A stretch of 64,000 nt of DNA, filler included, from Candidatus Hydrogenedentota bacterium (GCA_040752395.1; 21 parts of 21 records of this genome joined end to end with filler, not necessarily neighbours in it), one strand, 5' to 3'. Shown: positions 43,193-53,197, counted from the first letter of the whole stretch. Notes: a model not told the origin generated them from the sequence alone. Numbers and translations: made by a program.

Positions 43193-43288
43193 GTGGTTTT
43201 ATCTATGCTCGGAGATGATGCTGTACCGCTTGGCGCAGTTGCACTCATTCATGACTACAAAGACCATAGGACACACACTCTCTGTTAA
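43193..43288 (+). CDS. ROK-family protein C-terminal fragment
   Basis: VVLSMLGDDAVPLGAVAL. Confidence 0.55.
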   Translation: MVLSMLGDDAVPLGAVALIHDYKDHRTHTLC

Positions 43289-43455
43289 GGTCTTCGCCGC
43301 GCAGCAAGAGTTGTTCAACATAATTATTGACATAACATTTCCATATGTTTTGTATTTTTTTTCTTGACATAAAATAAGAATTTAAATAAAATTAAACAAG
43401 AAATCTTTATCTATAAAAGATTGTTAAAGTTAAAAAGTTTTTCGAAGGAGGATTT

Positions 43456-43605
43456 ATGGATACTAAAGTTAAAACAAAAATCTGGGACAGAGATATGAAG
43501 GATGGCTCTGCTAATAATAATCAAAAAAATAAAGAGTGGCAGAAGCCCACTTTAGAAGATGTATCAGAAAAAATAATGGCTCAACCCTATATCAGATTTA
43601 CATGA
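43456..43605 (+). CDS. Putative RiPP precursor peptide, 49 aa (not in the ORF track)
   Basis: GAAGGAGG RBS; MDTKVKTKIWDRDMKDGSANNNQKNKEWQKPTLEDVSEKIMAQPYIRFT; WxKPxL motif; upstream of PqqD and radical SAM genes. Confidence 0.8.
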   Translation: MDTKVKTKIWDRDMKDGSANNNQKNKEWQKPTLEDVSEKIMAQPYIRFT

Positions 43606-43719
43606 TTCTTTTTTTCCATGATTACTTGAAGACAAGTTTTAGCATAACTTTTTTATTCTACATCCTAATATATAATAAAAATTTTTCATTTTAGTGGAAT
43701 ATAACTTCAGGGATTAGTA

Positions 43720-43968
43720 ATGATACTAAAAGACTATGTAAAAATAAGAGAGGAAAAGTTCGGGACTATTATTTTCGAAACACTTAAGGAAAAAGTGTTT
43801 GTAACTAATGAAATTGGTAAAAGGATTCTTAATATGCTTTTATCTGGAAATACTGTTGAAGAAATAATTAAAGACTTTAAAAGTTCATATGATGCAAACG
43901 AGAACGAAATAGAAAAAGACATAAGAGATTTTATCTCAGAGTTAAAGGATAAAGGTATTATTATTTAA
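43720..43968 (+). CDS. PqqD-family RiPP recognition element
   Basis: VKIREEKFG..., NEIG..I..L..G.TVEEI..., YD...IEKDI..FI..L...GII. Confidence 0.9.
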   Translation: MILKDYVKIREEKFGTIIFETLKEKVFVTNEIGKRILNMLLSGNTVEEIIKDFKSSYDANENEIEKDIRDFISELKDKGIII

Positions 43969-44043
43969 AACAACTGCTTTCTAACGAATATTTCACTAAC
44001 TATTCATCCTGAAACCCGAAAGGCTAAAGGATCTCAAGAAAAA

Positions 44044-44714
44044 ATGAAGGAGCAAATAAGTATAAACGATTTACGAGCACCAATCTTTATAGCCTGGCAA
44101 CTCAATTCAGCATGCAATTTAGACTGTCTCCATTGCTGTGAGGAATCCGGGCTCAGCATACCTGACGAACTAACTAAAGATGAAATAATTGATTTTATGA
44201 ATCAAATAAAGAGTCTTGATATTCCATATGTAGCTATTTCAGGTGGCGAACCGCTTCTTCACCCATATTTTTTTGATATATGCGACTTTTTTCATAAACA
44301 TAAAATAAGTCTTAAGATAGAAACCAATGGTGAATTTATAGACAATAAAATAGCTAAAAAATTTGCAAATCTTAAGCTTCGATCCGTTCAGGTTAGTCTC
44401 GATGGGGCTACCCCTCCTACACATGAAAAACTAAGGGTAATGGGTGACTGGAATAAAGTATTGGCAGCGTGTAAGAACCTTCTTAAAGAAGGAGTTAATA
44501 CAGAGATTGTATTTGTTCCTACAAAATTTAACATACAGGAGATCGGTGAACTGATTGATTTATCTTATAGTTTAGGTATCTATGGAGTTTATACAGGGAA
44601 GATTATGAGGGTTGGCCGCGCAGCACAAAATTGGGACATCCTGGCTCCATCTGAAAAAGATTATGAAACTTTTTTTGAGGTTCTTACTAAAAAGGTTGAT
44701 CAATATCAGGGGAA
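44044..44714 (+). CDS. Radical SAM peptide maturase-like enzyme (3' truncated)
   Basis: CNLDCLHC (Cx3Cx2C), SGGEPL, ETNG, QVSLDG and VGRA; PqqE/MftC-like. Confidence 0.9.
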
Positions 44715-44814
44715 NNNNNNNNNNNNNNNNNNNNNNNNNNNNNNNNNNNNNNNNNNNNTTAATTAATTAANNNNNNNNNNNNNNNNNNNNNNNNNNNNNN
44801 NNNNNNNNNNNNNN

Positions 44815-44971
44815 AACGCTGTAACTCTAATAATTCGGGCTACAGGCTACGGGCTACGGACTACAGCCGGCTGGAGCCCGAAGCCCGGAGCCTGAAGCCA
44901 ACATATCATCTTTAGTTTTTCATATATTGTGTAGAGCGCAACCCGCGCTCATGAGTACTCCTTCGAAAAAG
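44815..44971 (-). repeat. Composite repeat variant starting at the GAF gene stop codon
   Basis: TTTTTCGAAGGAG-TACT-CATGAGCGC...GGCT/AGCC hairpin; no GAGTC module. Confidence 0.94.
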
Positions 44972-46018
44972 TTAGGAAACATATTTTACAAGTGCAATTG
45001 CACATTGTTCAGCAAAAGTTTCAAAATATTTTAAATCTACTTCCTGAAATTTTCGTTCGAGATGTTTTTTATTATTAATGACCTCTATGACACCGAGTAT
45101 TTTATCCTCAAAAATCATCGGTGCACATATTACAGATTTGGTCTGAAACCCACTTATCTTATCAATTTTTCCTGTAAACCTTTGATCCTTCCTTACATCA
45201 CTAACTACTAAACTCTCTCCTGTCCTTGCCACATAGCCAGCGATACCTTCGTTAATTGAGATTCTTACATTTTTGAGTTTTTCACCTGCACTGCCTGTAA
45301 CTATATAAAAAACAAGTTCTTTTTTTTCTTTGAGTATAACAGAGGCGGCTTCACCGTTCATCAATTCAGAGGCTCTTTTTATTATTTTCAATATAAGTTC
45401 TTCGAGTTTTGTTTCTTTTGTTAAGTCTTTAGTATTGTCCATAAGTGTTTGAAGTTTTCTTGATTCCTGAATTATTTCATCTCTTAACCTGAAATTCTCC
45501 ACCACACAAGCCGCGAAATTAGATATTGTCTGTAATAACTCTATATCCTCAGCACTATAGGTAGCCTCACCCATTCTGTTAACCACTTCTATAACTCCAT
45601 ACATTGATTCTGCAAGATAAACCGGTACACATAAAATATTCGCAGCTTTATAATCAATCTCTCTTTCAATATATTCACAATATCTTTTATCTGCTTTAGG
45701 TGACTGAACTATCAATGGCTTGCCATTCTTAGCTACATTGCCAGCGATACCAACATTTATAGGTAATCTATACCCTTTTAAATGATCGGCTTTTATACCT
45801 TTGGTCACAGTAAAAATTAATTCGTCAGGATTTATTTTATCAATAAGAAGAAGCGAACCTGCATCTGCATTTAAGGCATCAATAACTATATCCATAACTT
45901 GATCAAGCACTTCTGTTACATCCATATTTTCAACAAGTATAAAACTCATTTTGTTAAGATACTCAAGTGCTCTTCGAAAATAATTTAACCTTTTCCGATA
46001 GACTTCTGTATCAGGCAT
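44972..46018 (-). CDS. Tandem GAF-domain protein with no output domain
   Basis: Two GIAG.VA..G...V.D.R...D ... CxP ... GVIEV.N repeats. Confidence 0.9.
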   Translation of the reverse strand: MPDTEVYRKRLNYFRRALEYLNKMSFILVENMDVTEVLDQVMDIVIDALNADAGSLLLIDKINPDELIFTVTKGIKADHLKGYRLPINVGIAGNVAKNGKPLIVQSPKADKRYCEYIEREIDYKAANILCVPVYLAESMYGVIEVVNRMGEATYSAEDIELLQTISNFAACVVENFRLRDEIIQESRKLQTLMDNTKDLTKETKLEELILKIIKRASELMNGEAASVILKEKKELVFYIVTGSAGEKLKNVRISINEGIAGYVARTGESLVVSDVRKDQRFTGKIDKISGFQTKSVICAPMIFEDKILGVIEVINNKKHLERKFQEVDLKYFETFAEQCAIALVKYVS

Positions 46019-46024
46019 AAGTAT

Positions 46025-46330
46025 CTCCTCTGAAAAACATTGTAACTATAATAATATCAAGTAGAAGCAAGAGGCAAGAAGCAAGATAACGGAAGAAGTG
46101 AGAGGTATCAGGACAGGCTACAGGCTACAGCCGGCTGGAGCCAAAAGCCCAAAGCCTGCTGAAAAGTCTTGAGTCTCGAGTCCTGTTTTGACTCACGACT
46201 TGCGACTTTTGACTCTTTTCATATCATCTTCAGTTTTTCAGACGTTGTGTAGAGCGCAAAAACGCAAAAACGCAATAACCCAATAACCCAATAGTGTAAA
46301 GTGCAACCCACGCTCATGAGTACTCCTGTG
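46025..46330 (-). repeat. Near full-length composite repeat copy
   Basis: All canonical modules present; right end 6 nt before the GAF gene ATG. Confidence 0.96.
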
Positions 46331-46430
46331 NNNNNNNNNNNNNNNNNNNNNNNNNNNNNNNNNNNNNNNNNNNNTTAATTAATTAANNNNNNNNNNNNNN
46401 NNNNNNNNNNNNNNNNNNNNNNNNNNNNNN

Positions 46431-46600
46431 CTTTGTGTAGAGCGCAAAAACCCAAAAACGCAATAACCCAATAACCCAATAGTGTAGAACGAAACCCGCA
46501 CTCATGAGTACTCCTTTGAAAAAGTTGATGAGTTCAGGAGTTCAAGAGTTACCTGTCTTCTAATTTTGAATTTTTTCAATCTTTGAATCTTTCAACTCTC
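46431..46600 (-). repeat. Composite repeat left end plus AATCTTT module
   Basis: TTTTTCAAAGGAGTACTCATGAG...CTCTACACAAAG. Confidence 0.9.
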
Positions 46601-46657
46601 TTCTTTATATCATATTTTTTTTCTCGTCAAATATTTTTATTTCTGTATAATTTTTCT

Positions 46658-47773
46658 ATGAAAATAAAAGTTTTATTTACCGAGTTAGCAGGTGAGGTTT
46701 ATGGTGGCGGTCAAAAGAGTCTGTATCTTTTAATTAAGTCATTAAATAGAAATGACTTTGAAAGCTTTCTTCTAACCGCAACAGCTGGGAGCCTCATAGA
46801 ATTATGTAGACCATACTGTAAGGATATAAAAGTACTTAATATCCCATTAAGAATGCGAAGCATTGTTTACCCTTTTATATTTAATTATAAAAAAGTTATA
46901 GAGGATATTATAAAACAGAGCGAGATAAGTATTATTCACTGTAACGATGTACAGACAGCTTTTTTATTTTCTATATTAAAACTATCAAATGTTAAAACAA
47001 TATATCATTGCAGAGTACCACATTCTCCAGGTTTTCTTAACAAAATCATAGATAAAATAATAGTAAAAAATATCAATAGAATTATAGCCGTATCAGATGC
47101 GACTGCAAAAAGATTTGAAAAGTATGATAAAAATAAAAAGATAGTAGTTATACCGAACGGTATTGATTTATCTTTATTCACTGATTTAAATAAAGATTTT
47201 TCCATTCATAAAAAATATTCTATAAAAGAAAGCGCTTTTATTATCGGTAGTGTCTCACGCATTATCTACGGCAAGCGCCAACACCTTCTTATCGAGGTTC
47301 TAAAAGATATCGTAAAAGATTATCCTGATACATATCTATTAATAGCTGGAAATTATAATGAAGATAAAAAATATTATAATTTTTTGCAAAATTTGATAGG
47401 TAAATATAATCTATCGCATAAAGTGATCTTTACTGATTTTGTAGAGAATACAGCTGATATATTAAAAAACATAGATGTTTTAAGTGTTTTTACCTATGGC
47501 GAGGCGATGTCGAGGTCAATACTTGAGGGTATGGCTTGTAAAAAACCGATTATCGCTTCAGATGACGGCGGTAACCCTGATATTATCAAGGATGAATATA
47601 ATGGTTTATTAGTAGAATTAGATAATTTAGATAAATATAAATTAGCTCTAAAAAGATTATTAAAAGATATAGATCTACGGAAAAAGTTGTCAGAGAATGC
47701 TTATATAACAGTTCAAAAATACACTATCAAAAACTCTACACATGAGATTGAAAATCTTTATCTATCTCTTTGA
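46658..47773 (+). CDS. Glycosyltransferase family 4
   Basis: GGGQ, AVS, IPNGID, EAMSRSILEGMA and GGNPDII. Confidence 0.92.
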   Translation: MKIKVLFTELAGEVYGGGQKSLYLLIKSLNRNDFESFLLTATAGSLIELCRPYCKDIKVLNIPLRMRSIVYPFIFNYKKVIEDIIKQSEISIIHCNDVQTAFLFSILKLSNVKTIYHCRVPHSPGFLNKIIDKIIVKNINRIIAVSDATAKRFEKYDKNKKIVVIPNGIDLSLFTDLNKDFSIHKKYSIKESAFIIGSVSRIIYGKRQHLLIEVLKDIVKDYPDTYLLIAGNYNEDKKYYNFLQNLIGKYNLSHKVIFTDFVENTADILKNIDVLSVFTYGEAMSRSILEGMACKKPIIASDDGGNPDIIKDEYNGLLVELDNLDKYKLALKRLLKDIDLRKKLSENAYITVQKYTIKNSTHEIENLYLSL

Positions 47774-48038
47774 CCACTGTATATTTTTTTCTTAAACTCC
47801 TATAAAAAGCGATACCAATCCCGGCTAATGCATATAAATTGCATATAACAAACATAGTCTGATAAAACCATTTTATCAGAATTATAATGAATAAAAAAGA
47901 GACCCAGATTAATCGCGTAGGGGTCCGTCGCCTGAAATNNNNNNNNNNNNNNNNNNNNNNNNNNNNNNNNNNNNNNNNNNNNTTAATTAATTAANNNNNN
48001 NNNNNNNNNNNNNNNNNNNNNNNNNNNNNNNNNNNNNN

Positions 48039-48213
48039 GCTCATGAGTACTCCTCTGAAAAAGTAAGAAGTGGGAAGTGAGAGGTATCATGACAGGCTAC
48101 AGGCTACGGACTACAGCCGGCTGGAGCCAAAAGCCTGAAGCCAACATATCATCTTTAGTTTTTCATCCTTTGTGTAGAGCGCAAAAGCGTTCGTGACGAC
48201 CCATCTGAAAAAG
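48039..48213 (-). repeat. Composite repeat, tandem variant
   Basis: One unit ending CTTCTTACTTTTTCAGAGGAG runs directly into the TACTCATGAGC start of another. Confidence 0.93.
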
Positions 48214-48215
48214 AG

Positions 48216-48878
48216 TTATATAATCTCTACCAAATCGCCATTATTCACATCAGCTGCGTTTGCCTCATCAGTATCAAGATGTAATTCCATTTTATGACCA
48301 TCACCTGCACGCACTACTATGTTTTCAAATAAAACCCCGCGTTTGCCGCAGACCCGGGCATTTACGATATCACCGTTCTTTAAACCAAATGCCTCGCTCT
48401 CAAGCAAAGAAAGATGTAGATGTCTTGCAGCGATTATAACACCCTCGTCAAGCTTAATCGTTTTATCATTAACATAAATAATGCAGCCACAAGAACCAGC
48501 AATATCGCCAGATAATCTAATCGGTGGTTTAATACCCAGAATAAACGAGTCTGTTTTTGATATTTCAACCTGGGTCCGGCCTCGACAGGGCCCGAGTACC
48601 CTTACATTCTGGATAAAACCTTGCGAGCCTATTAATGTAACTGTAAGTTTTGAAGCAAACTGACCCGGCTGACTCAATTCTCTTAAAACCTCAAGTTTAT
48701 AATCTTCGGACATTAGATACTTTAAATGTTCTTCTGATAGATGTAAATGTCTATTAGATATGCCTATGGGTACCAATTTTTTATCTGTGGTTCTTTTATC
48801 TTTCTCTTCTGTTTTAATTACTCCCAGACGTTTACTAACTTCTTTAACAATATTATCTATTATCTCTTTCTCATTCAT
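48216..48878 (-). CDS. pduL: Phosphate propanoyltransferase (BMC phosphotransacylase)
   Basis: PIGISNRHLHLS, LSQPGQFA, TQVEISKTD, ARHLH and HLDTDEANA; N-terminal amphipathic encapsulation-like helix. Confidence 0.95.
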   Translation of the reverse strand: MNEKEIIDNIVKEVSKRLGVIKTEEKDKRTTDKKLVPIGISNRHLHLSEEHLKYLMSEDYKLEVLRELSQPGQFASKLTVTLIGSQGFIQNVRVLGPCRGRTQVEISKTDSFILGIKPPIRLSGDIAGSCGCIIYVNDKTIKLDEGVIIAARHLHLSLLESEAFGLKNGDIVNARVCGKRGVLFENIVVRAGDGHKMELHLDTDEANAADVNNGDLVEII

Positions 48879-48934
48879 CTTTAATCCTGTTTTTATACTG
48901 TACAAGCGAAATTTCCTAATCTATCCTCTTTTTT

Positions 48935-49150
48935 TCTGATACTTCTTACTTCTTTCATTATCTTGCTTCTTGCCCCTTAAATTCGGTGTTTGGTTTTCGG
49001 TGTTCTGTTTACTGATAACCTTCTCCTATGAAAAGTTAAAAAACATCTCTTCGGGCTACAGGCTTCAGGCTACAGCCGGCTGGAGCTTGGAACCCGGAGC
49101 CCGGAGCTAACATATCATCTACTTTTTGCCTCTTGCCTCTTTCGTTATTT
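48935..49150. repeat. Degenerate repeat mosaic
   Basis: TCTTGC tracts and an inverted GGCTACA/CAGCCGGCTG module. Confidence 0.8.
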
Positions 49151-49228
49151 TACTATAATCATTCTTGATATTTTTGTCAAAATTTTTTAAACTTTACTTT
49201 ATAAGTCTATAACCAGCGTTTAAAGAGC

Positions 49229-50761
49229 TTGATTTTTATGTTTGATGCTGATTTGCTTGACAAAGTATTTATAAATTTTGAGGATGCAGCCCCTTCATTC
49301 GGTAAATTAGTCCCGCTAAAAATACCAAATATATTTAAAGATGGTTATATCGATTTAAATTTTGATAAAGCCGCCATAATAGATATATTTAATAAAGAAT
49401 TATTAAGAATAAAATCTAATAAAAATCCTCTTATAATTTGGGGAACCGATGAGCAGAGTATTATAACTGAATTAATCCCTTCTCGTTCTAACGATAAACC
49501 GATAATCTTTCTTGAGACAAACCCGATGTTCAAGGATATATTTATTTTACAAAATTTGGAACTTATAAATAGAAACAAAAATATCTATTTCATTGGAAGT
49601 GATTTGTATAATATCCTTTTTGTTAAACTCTCTGATCTTCTCTCAAATCACACCTCTATCCTCCCTGATTTTGATATCATCATTACACCCTCTGAATTAG
49701 AATACATTTTTCGTAATGATAAAAAACTCGGTTGTGTATTAAGATTTCTTATTGCATCACTACCTTCTAATTACTGGTCAACTGATTTTAATAGAGACAT
49801 AGAGCTAAAAAAGGTCCCGTTTATATATAGCCGATTAGAGGGACTTTTAAAATTAATAGTTCTTGCTTCTCCGGGGATCTCAACACTTAATATGCTGTAT
49901 GAAAATAGAGGTAGCCGACCGTCATACACTCAAAACCGCCAAACTACTAATTTTTCTAAAAAATTAATCCAAAGAAAATATAAAAAAGATAAAGTCTCTA
50001 TTATTATTCTTGCATGGAATCAATGGAGTAGCACAGAGAAATGTATAAAATCAATATTTAATTTTTCATATAATTATGATTTCGAGGTCATCGTAGTTGA
50101 TAATGCTTCAACTGATGATACACCTTCTAATTTAAAAAAATATCAAAGTATTTATCCGGCGTTAAAGGTAATAAGAGCAAGTGAAAATTTGGGTCCTGCA
50201 GGTGGCAGAGATTTAGGCACTCTTCATAGTAAAGGCGAATATCTTATTTATCTTGATAACGACACTGAGGCTTATTCTCAAACATGGATTTCAAATCTTA
50301 TACAAACATTAAAAGTACATCCATCAATTGGTGGAACAGGTGCGTTTGCAGTACTTCATACGAGTGACTCCACAGAAGATTTTGTTCAGATAGTCTTTAT
50401 ACCGGGTATCCCTATACCAGTAAACTGGGTTAGCAGTTATTGCTCTGCTTTTAAAAGGCAGGCGATTATAGATGCTGGTGGTTGGAGACCTGATTTATAT
50501 CATCTCTGGGGCTGCGAAGATTTTGCAATGGGTTATGCTTTACGTGATGCGGGCTGGATAACTGTCTCACCGCTATCTATAATTGAGGTAACTCATCTTA
50601 TCCAGCATCGTGAGGGATTTTATAGTTATGATTTTAATGAGACAGCTCGTAAAAATACAGAGTCTTTTAGAAAGATTTATGGTGAACGGCGAAGACTTAA
50701 AAATGCTGCGATCTCAAACGAAAAAGCGGTTTGTTCCCCACTTTTTTCAGGTCTTTTTTAA
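49229..50761 (+). CDS. Glycosyltransferase family 2 with N-terminal extension
   Basis: VSIIILAWN, VVDNASTD, YLDND and GCED. Confidence 0.88.
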   Translation: MIFMFDADLLDKVFINFEDAAPSFGKLVPLKIPNIFKDGYIDLNFDKAAIIDIFNKELLRIKSNKNPLIIWGTDEQSIITELIPSRSNDKPIIFLETNPMFKDIFILQNLELINRNKNIYFIGSDLYNILFVKLSDLLSNHTSILPDFDIIITPSELEYIFRNDKKLGCVLRFLIASLPSNYWSTDFNRDIELKKVPFIYSRLEGLLKLIVLASPGISTLNMLYENRGSRPSYTQNRQTTNFSKKLIQRKYKKDKVSIIILAWNQWSSTEKCIKSIFNFSYNYDFEVIVVDNASTDDTPSNLKKYQSIYPALKVIRASENLGPAGGRDLGTLHSKGEYLIYLDNDTEAYSQTWISNLIQTLKVHPSIGGTGAFAVLHTSDSTEDFVQIVFIPGIPIPVNWVSSYCSAFKRQAIIDAGGWRPDLYHLWGCEDFAMGYALRDAGWITVSPLSIIEVTHLIQHREGFYSYDFNETARKNTESFRKIYGERRRLKNAAISNEKAVCSPLFSGLF

Positions 50762-50994
50762 AAGTCGTTTTTTCAGGCACAAAGGCACATAATTTTTTTT
50801 AGAAAAATATTTAGAGTCATCGAGACCATCTAATTTCCCAGGATATATAATTAAAGCAGGCAAGAAAATCTATTAATTGAAATTGATTATAACCCAAAAC
50901 AAATATCATGACTACATAAAATGTTTAACACTTGACATTTCAGGAGAGAGAAGATAGAAGACAGAAAACAGAAGACAGGAGAGAGGATTAGATT

Positions 50995-52320
50995 GTGGAA
51001 TGTAGTATTGAAAAAGACAGACAATGTAAAGTTACTATTAATGTATCTTTGCCTTATGAAGAATATGCTGAAACATATAAGAAATCTGTCCAGAATGTGA
51101 AGAAAAATGCGCGGATTGATGGTTTCAGAAAGGGTAAAATACCTGAAAATATTTTACTAAAAAATTTTAGCTATGCTATCAGAGAAGACTTCCTTGATAA
51201 CATCTTTTCTTATATCATTGATAAAAGTATCTATCAGCAAAACTATAAAATCGTATCACCCCCTGTTATTTCTGATGTAAAATTTGATCCTGGTCAAACG
51301 CTGGAATGTAAGATATTAATCGAGACTAATCCAGAGGTCGAAATTAACGATTATAAAAAATTGCCTTTAACTAAATACCTGTATGAAATCTCTGACAAAC
51401 AAGTTGATGAATATATCGAACCAATCCTCGAAAGGTTCGTAACTTATATCCCTGTTAAAATCCGTCATTCTAAAGAAACCGATAGAATAAAGGTTGATCT
51501 TGAGGTGATCGATGAAGATAACAATAAAATCGTTGAGTTATCAGGTGAGAACCACATAATTACTCTGAATAAAAGCGGTGGTTTCTTTGATAAACTTATT
51601 GATTCTCTGATTGATGTACAACCTGGCGATATAAAAATTGTGCATTTGAGATTCCCACCTGATTACCCAAGGAAAGAGTACCAGAATAAAATGGTAACAA
51701 TAAAAGCTTATATCAAAGAGATAGAAGAGAAACAATTGCCACAGCTTAATGATGAACTTGTAAAAAAAATAAGTAACAAAAACAATGTTGAAGAATACAG
51801 AAAAAGTGTAAGAGAAATACTTTTAAAAACAGCTGAATTACAAATAAAACAGAGTCTCAAATCCCAGCTTACAGATTTATTAATAAAAAAGTTTGGTGAC
51901 TTTGAAGTACCTGAATCCTCAATTATTAGAAGAAAAGAATATCTACTCAACCGATTTAAAAAACATTTAGAAGAAGAAGAAAAAATTAGTTTTACTGACT
52001 ATCTGCAGAAGATAAATAAGACAAAGCAAGAGTTCGAAGATAACATTTTTAAAGAAGCAGAAAAACTTGTCAAACTTGACTATATATATTATAATATTAG
52101 TATAAAAGAGAATATTGTTGCATCTGAAGAGGATGTAAAAAAAGAGTTTTCACGATTAAGTATGTCTTATAATATACCTGTAGAAAAAATAAGTAAACGA
52201 TGTGAAAATACAGGCCTTATTGATGATTTAAAATTTGAGCTACTCAAAGATAAAGTAATAAATCTTCTTATTGAAAACGCCGATATTAAAGAGTCGAGAG
52301 TCGAGAGTCGTGAGTCGTGA
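50995..52320 (+). CDS. tig: Trigger factor
   Basis: IDGFRKGK ribosome-binding motif, FPPDYP, and LPQLNDE. Confidence 0.93.
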   Translation: MECSIEKDRQCKVTINVSLPYEEYAETYKKSVQNVKKNARIDGFRKGKIPENILLKNFSYAIREDFLDNIFSYIIDKSIYQQNYKIVSPPVISDVKFDPGQTLECKILIETNPEVEINDYKKLPLTKYLYEISDKQVDEYIEPILERFVTYIPVKIRHSKETDRIKVDLEVIDEDNNKIVELSGENHIITLNKSGGFFDKLIDSLIDVQPGDIKIVHLRFPPDYPRKEYQNKMVTIKAYIKEIEEKQLPQLNDELVKKISNKNNVEEYRKSVREILLKTAELQIKQSLKSQLTDLLIKKFGDFEVPESSIIRRKEYLLNRFKKHLEEEEKISFTDYLQKINKTKQEFEDNIFKEAEKLVKLDYIYYNISIKENIVASEEDVKKEFSRLSMSYNIPVEKISKRCENTGLIDDLKFELLKDKVINLLIENADIKESRVESRES

Positions 52321-52575
52321 GTCAAAACAGGACTCGAGACTCAAGACTTTTCAGCAGGCTTTTGGCTTTTGGCTCCAGCCGGCTGTAGTCCGTAGCCTGT
52401 AGCCTGTCCTGATACCTCTCACTTCCCACTTCTTACTTTTTCAGAGGAGTACTCATGAGCGCGGTTTGCGCTCTACACAAAGGATGAAAAACCAGATGTT
52501 TGTTTATCTTGCTTCTTGCTTCTTGCCTCTTGCTTCTACTTGATATTATTAGAGTGACAGCGTTTTTCAGAGGAG
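52290..52575 (+). repeat. Two composite repeat units in tandem
   Basis: GAGTC and GGCT hairpins, TTTTTCAGAGGAG, then TACTCATGAGCGC...TTTTTCAGAGGAG. Confidence 0.96.
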
Positions 52576-52581
52576 GATTTT

Positions 52582-52881
52582 ATGGAAGCATTAGGGATGA
52601 TAGAGACACGTGGTCTGGTGCCTTGCATTGAGGCTGCTGATGCTATGGTTAAAGCAGCGAAGGTGGTGCTTGTTAGTTATGAAAAGGTGGGGACAGGGCT
52701 TGTTACTGCCTTGATCCGTGGTGACGTAGCTGCTTGCAAAGCCGCAACAGATGCCGGCGCCGCTGCTGCTGAACGTGTTGGCGAATTGGTAAGTGTGCAC
52801 GTTATCCCAAGACCACACGAAGACGTTTTAAAAGTTTTCCCGGTTTCTTTACCTGAGGAAAAATCAGGAAAGGCTAGATAA
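52582..52881 (+). CDS. Bacterial microcompartment hexamer shell protein (EutM/PduA-like)
   Basis: [26 protein letters not shown] and VHVIPRPH. Confidence 0.96.
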   Translation: MEALGMIETRGLVPCIEAADAMVKAAKVVLVSYEKVGTGLVTALIRGDVAACKAATDAGAAAAERVGELVSVHVIPRPHEDVLKVFPVSLPEEKSGKAR

Positions 52882-52903
52882 TTCTTAAAAAAAGGATAAA
52901 TAA

Positions 52904-53197
52904 ATGAAAATAGGTAAAGTAGTTGGCACTGTTGTTGCTACAAGAAAAACTGAAAAACTTATTGGATATAAATTTCTCCTCGTTGAGATACTTAAAGCTG
53001 ACTCTACACCAACCGGAACTCACGTCGTTGCGGTAGATGTTGTTGATGCAGGTGCGGGTGAAGTGATACTTCTTGTTGAGGGCAGTTCAGCTCGTATGGC
53101 TATGCCTGTTGATGGCCTTCCCGTTGATGCTGCTATCTGTGCTGTGATTGACAGTATCAGAATAGGTGATAAAGAGATTAAATTTCAAAAAGATTGA
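52904..53197 (+). CDS. Microcompartment pentamer vertex protein (EutN/CcmL)
   Basis: GKVVGTVVATRK, VAVD.V.AG.GE, GSSAR and PVDAAI..VID. Confidence 0.95.
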   Translation: MKIGKVVGTVVATRKTEKLIGYKFLLVEILKADSTPTGTHVVAVDVVDAGAGEVILLVEGSSARMAMPVDGLPVDAAICAVIDSIRIGDKEIKFQKD

